Source: a virus (lineage: Duplodnaviria; Caudoviricetes). From it: DNA of 58,025 nt. Where the stretch lies: positions 1 to 58,025 of the IMG/VR virus record IMGVR_UViG_3300031974_003279; one strand, 5' to 3'. The notes beneath the pieces were generated by a model. That model was not told the origin of the DNA. It worked only from the letters and a program-made list of their open reading frames with translations, and did no database searches. Within the stretch, counting starts at the first letter, position 1, and each line of letters starts with the position of its first letter. The translations under genes were made by a program, and so were the position numbers. Below are positions 54,996 to 58,025 of the stretch, piece after piece.

Positions 54996-55217
54996 TCAGA
55001 GTTCTAAATCCAATTGTTTTGATGGTTCAACTACCTCAATGAGGTTTAACACGTGGCTCATTAGATGACACTTGTAGACAAGAGTGTATCCGTAGTTTGG
55101 ATCGGATTTATCCACTACACGGCATGTTATCTTGTACTGATTATTCTCATCAACTTTCGTTTGGCCAATGAACTCAAGACGTTTTTGATTACACCTTTCA
55201 AATTGCGATTGTTCCAT
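54996..55217 (-). CDS. Small protein ending in a clamp-binding-like motif (QLDLEL)
   Basis: 73-aa ORF flanked by two terminator hairpins. Confidence 0.6.
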   Translation of the reverse strand: MEQSQFERCNQKRLEFIGQTKVDENNQYKITCRVVDKSDPNYGYTLVYKCHLMSHVLNLIEVVEPSKQLDLEL

Positions 55218-55237
55218 GTTAGATAGGGTTTAGGTAC

Positions 55238-55278
55238 AAAAAAACCCCCTACTAACTGCAATAGTTAGATAGGAGGTT
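55238..55278 (-). terminator. Long intrinsic terminator-like hairpin + U-tract
   Basis: AAAAAAA-CCCCCTACTAACT-GCAAT-AGTTAGATAGGAGG-TT. Confidence 0.75.
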
Positions 55279-55372
55279 CGGGTTGACACACACACCAACA
55301 AATAGTGTAACGTCTATACCACTCCGGTATAGGTATAGTATGGGCTTTTAGAGTGTTTTGATTACGCGAGAT

Positions 55373-55430
55373 TACTGACTAAAGCGTAAAACGACCCAGT
55401 ATATACTGACTAGAAGCGAAACAACTGAGT
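55373..55430. repeat. Imperfect tandem direct repeat (two copies, about 28 bp)
   Basis: TACTGACTAAAGCGTAAAACGACCCAGT / TACTGACTAGAAGCGAAACAACTGAGT, joined by palindrome CAGTATATACTG. Confidence 0.7.
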
Positions 55431-55436
55431 GAGCGG

Positions 55437-55467
55437 CTAAGTTAGTAGTCGTTTGTTATAAAGTCAA
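55437..55467 (-). promoter_or_regulatory. Putative host-type promoter TTG-N20-TAACTTAG
   Basis: One mismatch to the Bacteroidota -7 box with suitable spacing, in a 360-bp intergenic region. Confidence 0.45.
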
Positions 55468-55542
55468 GTGTTTACGTAAACTTTTTCTACCCAAACAACT
55501 TAAACTGCTCTGTAGATGCATGTTACGCCTCTGGCGTCGAGC

Positions 55543-55569
55543 AAAAAAAACCCCGTGTGTACGGGGTTT
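55543..55569 (-). terminator. Intrinsic terminator-like hairpin + U-tract
   Basis: AAAAAAAA-CCCCGT-GTGT-ACGGGG-TTT. Confidence 0.85.
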
Positions 55570-55576
55570 AGGGGTG

Positions 55577-56401
55577 TTACGGCTGCAGTAGGTTGCCCAT
55601 AGCAGGCATTGGCATTGACCCAGATTGTACCTGAGGTGTTGCCGTTTGCTGCGCAGCTGGAGCTACACCAAGCCTGTTACGGTTTGTCAGTTGCTGACGT
55701 ACTCCGCGACCACGACGAGGCTCACTCTCAGCTGCTACACCTGCGCTGCTATTCTGCCTGGCTTCGATGCCTGACATGGTGTACTCGTCACCGTACTCAG
55801 CGAATGGTGCCCAACTGACGAGTGGGACTTTTTGCTGAAGGGTGTCGAATGACAGAGAGTTGTTGATGTACTTGTTCAACTTGTCTTCTGTCAGAGGGCC
55901 TTCGCCGTCCATCCACACACCGTTGTTATCATCATAGTAGGTGCGGAAGTGCTCCTGAATCTCAGCCTGAATGACCTCGGGCTTGCGCTCGATTTGCACA
56001 AACTTTACGGCATACAAGTCATAACCATTGATGTGGTGGTCAGCTTGAACTGGCCACTTACACATTACACCCTTGATTGCAGGACTAATTTCCATGTAAT
56101 CCTTGGGTGCATCAGTGTCTGCTCCGAAAATACGGAACGAACCATCAGCCTCCATGACTCGAATCCCAAGCTGCGCACCTCGACTGCCTTTGTAGAAGAT
56201 GGGTTCAGGAAATGTTACAAGCATGTGCTGTATAAGCTCCTTACCACCAAAATCACTGTTGGCACGTCTGACTGCAATCTGATGATTGGTTGCAGCTAGC
56301 GCTTCTGGGTTGACCGTAAAGTATTTTGCAAGTGGGTCATTCACCTGCTGTTGGCTGTTCTTGTTAGCGGTAGCCTTACCGCTGTCGGCTTTTCCTGCCA
56401 T
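55577..56401 (-). CDS. Hypothetical early protein with disordered Arg/Gln-rich C-terminus
   Basis: Likely start MAGKAD at 56401; the listed upstream extension runs through a terminator. Confidence 0.65.
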   Translation of the reverse strand: MAGKADSGKATANKNSQQQVNDPLAKYFTVNPEALAATNHQIAVRRANSDFGGKELIQHMLVTFPEPIFYKGSRGAQLGIRVMEADGSFRIFGADTDAPKDYMEISPAIKGVMCKWPVQADHHINGYDLYAVKFVQIERKPEVIQAEIQEHFRTYYDDNNGVWMDGEGPLTEDKLNKYINNSLSFDTLQQKVPLVSWAPFAEYGDEYTMSGIEARQNSSAGVAAESEPRRGRGVRQQLTNRNRLGVAPAAQQTATPQVQSGSMPMPAMGNLLQP

Positions 56402-56457
56402 AGCTATATATTTATTTGTTAGCAACACTGTTACAAGATGGGCGGGGTAAAACTTTG

Positions 56458-56489
56458 AAAAAAAAAGCCCAACACTAATATGTTGGGCT
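56458..56489 (-). terminator. Intrinsic terminator-like hairpin + U-tract
   Basis: AAAAAAAAA-GCCCAACA-CTAATA-TGTTGGGC-T. Confidence 0.85.
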
Positions 56490-56503
56490 GTAAGGTGCAA
56501 ACC

Positions 56504-56932
56504 TTATGACTGCAGCAAGTTGCTGCCACCAGGCTTACGAGAGAATCTGCGCTTACGGTTGCTATTGCCACCAGCAGCACGAATCTCGTTAAGGTGACGA
56601 CCTCTCTCAGTAGCGGCCTTCTTTCCTTCAAGAACGCTGTTGAAAACATCAAGCATTGCGGCATCTTCTTCACCAACCTTATGTAGACGAGCCTCGCCGT
56701 CATCACCAAAGGTTACAGTAAGAACACCGTCAGGCATCTTGAAAGGCGATGTTAGTTCGCCATGCTCCTCAATATACTTTTGCATAGCATCACGTATCGC
56801 TATAGTGACAAACTCAGAAATGCCATTTTCAATTTTGTAGCGATCTCTGCCATACTTGACTTTGACTACTGCATTTGCTTCTGACGTTTGTGTTGCACTC
56901 TCGATATAGAGAGCTTTGATCTTATCTGACAT
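56504..56932 (-). CDS. Hypothetical early protein with basic C-terminal tail
   Basis: 142 aa; NRKRRFSRK tail; AC-rich leader. Confidence 0.65.
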   Translation of the reverse strand: MSDKIKALYIESATQTSEANAVVKVKYGRDRYKIENGISEFVTIAIRDAMQKYIEEHGELTSPFKMPDGVLTVTFGDDGEARLHKVGEEDAAMLDVFNSVLEGKKAATERGRHLNEIRAAGGNSNRKRRFSRKPGGSNLLQS

Positions 56933-56963
56933 GGTATGTGTGTGTTTGTTATGTGTCAGTTAT

Positions 56964-57143
56964 TGCACAAGTCCCGCCTTGTGCCGTGCGGTTAGGGTCT
57001 CAGTTTTTATCCAGGATTAACCCATTACCTTAGCCTGGCAATCTAGAGAACCGTGACCCTTCCGTTAGGTTGGGAATCGGGTTCTCCCGTATGTAGTGCC
57101 CATGCACGCCACGCGGCATGTAACAGTCTCAGACCCATGGGCT
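56964..57143 (-). ncRNA. Candidate structured RNA (four consecutive stems)
   Basis: GCCCATG/CATGGGC, GAGAACC/GGTTCTC, CCAGG/CCTGG and GCACAAG/CTTGTGC pairings in a GC-richer intergenic gap. Confidence 0.4.
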
Positions 57144-57149
57144 AGAGGA

Positions 57150-57677
57150 TTACTTGGACAAATGTTCAAGTTCACTCGCTCGTTTCCTGGCTTCATGCAA
57201 TGCAGGACTCTGTCCTGTACAATCACCAATGGGATGTAGGAAACCACTTAGATTATCTCCAGGCGTATCACTAAATCTAGCAATAACTGTCGTTATATCA
57301 TAGTCTGTGTCTGTACAGGTGTACAGATCATAGTTATTGTCTTTGAAGCTAAACTGACCTAGGAATACACAATTATCACAATCGTGTTCGTACTGAGGTA
57401 GATATCCAAGCTTGATTGCCCTTCGTTTAGCCTCGAGCAAATTGGGATGGCCGTACTTACCTTCTACTGCGAGACGCAAACCACTAGTATACTCGTAACC
57501 CTTATTTCCGAATCTGGATATCACTGTTTCATCACCGATCTCCTGCTTACAGAAATACAGATCAAATACGGTTGTTTTGTAGCGTTTGCTTGTCTCGTTG
57601 TCTTTAGGTAAAGTCAGAGTCCCGAGGAACTTACAGCAATCACAATCGTGCTCGAAACGAGGCTTTTCTTTTGCCAT
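57150..57677 (-). CDS. Protein with two tandem HDCxxC-containing repeats
   Basis: EHDCDCCKFLG..DLYFC..TVISRF..SG..L.EAKRRA and EHDCDNCVFLG..DLYTC..TVIARF..SG..LHEARKRA. Confidence 0.7.
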   Translation of the reverse strand: MAKEKPRFEHDCDCCKFLGTLTLPKDNETSKRYKTTVFDLYFCKQEIGDETVISRFGNKGYEYTSGLRLAVEGKYGHPNLLEAKRRAIKLGYLPQYEHDCDNCVFLGQFSFKDNNYDLYTCTDTDYDITTVIARFSDTPGDNLSGFLHPIGDCTGQSPALHEARKRASELEHLSK

Positions 57678-57745
57678 GTGTGTGTTGTTTAGTTATGACA
57701 TTAGAACTTTGGCATTTTGATCAGGTAGATTGCCTACTACCATAG

Positions 57746-57801
57746 TGCAACGCCAGGATTCGAACCTGAAGGGCCCCGAAGGGCCCAGCCGGTATCGCTG
57801 C
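57746..57801 (-). ncRNA. tRNA-like mini-structure (acceptor stem + UUCG hairpin + T-arm; no D or anticodon arm)
   Basis: - strand GCAGCG-ATACCGGCT-GGGCCC-TTCG-GGGCCC-T-TCAGG-TTCGAAT-CCTGG-CGTTGC-A. Confidence 0.55.
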
Positions 57802-57804
57802 GGT

Positions 57805-57906
57805 TCATTCTTCATCACCCAGTGCACTGACAGCAGCTGCCATGCAAACCAGGAAGAATATGGCGCGAGCACCAATATTCAGAAGAATCATGATGGTTTC
57901 ATTCAT
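57805..57906 (-). CDS. Small hydrophobic peptide (33 aa)
   Basis: MNETIMILLNIGARAIFFLVCMAAAVSALGDEE, with A-rich leader. Confidence 0.45.
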   Translation of the reverse strand: MNETIMILLNIGARAIFFLVCMAAAVSALGDEE

Positions 57907-57921
57907 GATGGTTGATTTTGG

Positions 57922-58025
57922 TTATACGTCTTCTATCATTATCCTAATTCTAACGGTATCACCGTTGGTCTTCCAGATGGTAATCTTCTCAGCGTACCAG
58001 CCTTCATAATATCGAGTGTGAACAA
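57922..58025 (-). CDS. 3' end of a gene truncated by the window edge
   Basis: Open frame ..VHTRYYEGWYAEKITIWKTNGDTVRIRIMIEDV-stop. Confidence 0.4.
   Translation of the reverse strand, partial: VHTRYYEGWYAEKITIWKTNGDTVRIRIMIEDV

Noticed and set aside
29268-56489. Hairpin elements as a CRISPR array or integron attC sites
   Set aside because: Stems and loops differ in sequence, spacing is gene-sized, no GTTRRRY core pattern was noticed, and no cas or integrase gene is present.
57746-57801. Canonical tRNA gene
   Set aside because: No D-arm, no 7-nt anticodon loop, 6-bp acceptor stem and no encoded CCA; reported as tRNA-like instead.
39-57915. Short antisense and nested ORFs in the six-frame track (e.g. 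18494-19027, 35022-35525, 40636-41395)
   Set aside because: They are shadows of long genes on the opposite strand or frame, lacking typical leaders and motifs.
1-58025. Stop-codon reassignment, known in some crAss-like phages
   Set aside because: Giant ORFs are uninterrupted under the standard code, coding density is high, and TAA, TAG and TGA all end genes at plausible boundaries.
1-58025. Diversity-generating retroelement, retron or invertible tail-fibre system
   Set aside because: No reverse transcriptase or recombinase motifs and no template/variable repeat pair were seen in this window.

Overview
This window is part of a crAss-like (Crassvirales-type) phage genome with a probable Bacteroidota host: TAnnTTTG promoter boxes and A-rich leaders lacking Shine-Dalgarno sites are present, and the standard genetic code fits. 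It has two convergent modules. The + strand (1-28330) carries the end of a tail stabilization gene and four large putative virion-cargo genes: a 939-aa modular protein with a lytic transglycosylase domain, a 941-aa protein, a 5395-aa virion RNA polymerase (DFDYD) with two zincin domains and a possible ADP-ribosyltransferase-like domain, and a 1647-aa protein with a PD-(D/E)xK nuclease domain. The - strand (28415-58025) carries small early genes, MYG1, an XRE HTH, MazG-like, dNMP kinase, PolB, SF2 helicase, DnaB, AAA ATPase, primase, rIIA/rIIB, a nuclease, UDG, an amidase/holin/u-spanin lysis cassette, a metallophosphoesterase and an SplB-like radical SAM enzyme. The most striking unexplained structure is regulatory. 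The - module is punctuated by 18 GC-hairpin+U-tract elements, 14 of them only 15-26 nt before the next co-directional start codon. There is also a candidate anti-start-codon small RNA at the module junction, a 56-nt tRNA-like mini-structure, several structured intergenic RNAs and a shared GTTAGA-N20-TAnnTTTG promoter. All functional calls come from motif recognition by eye; no database searches were run.
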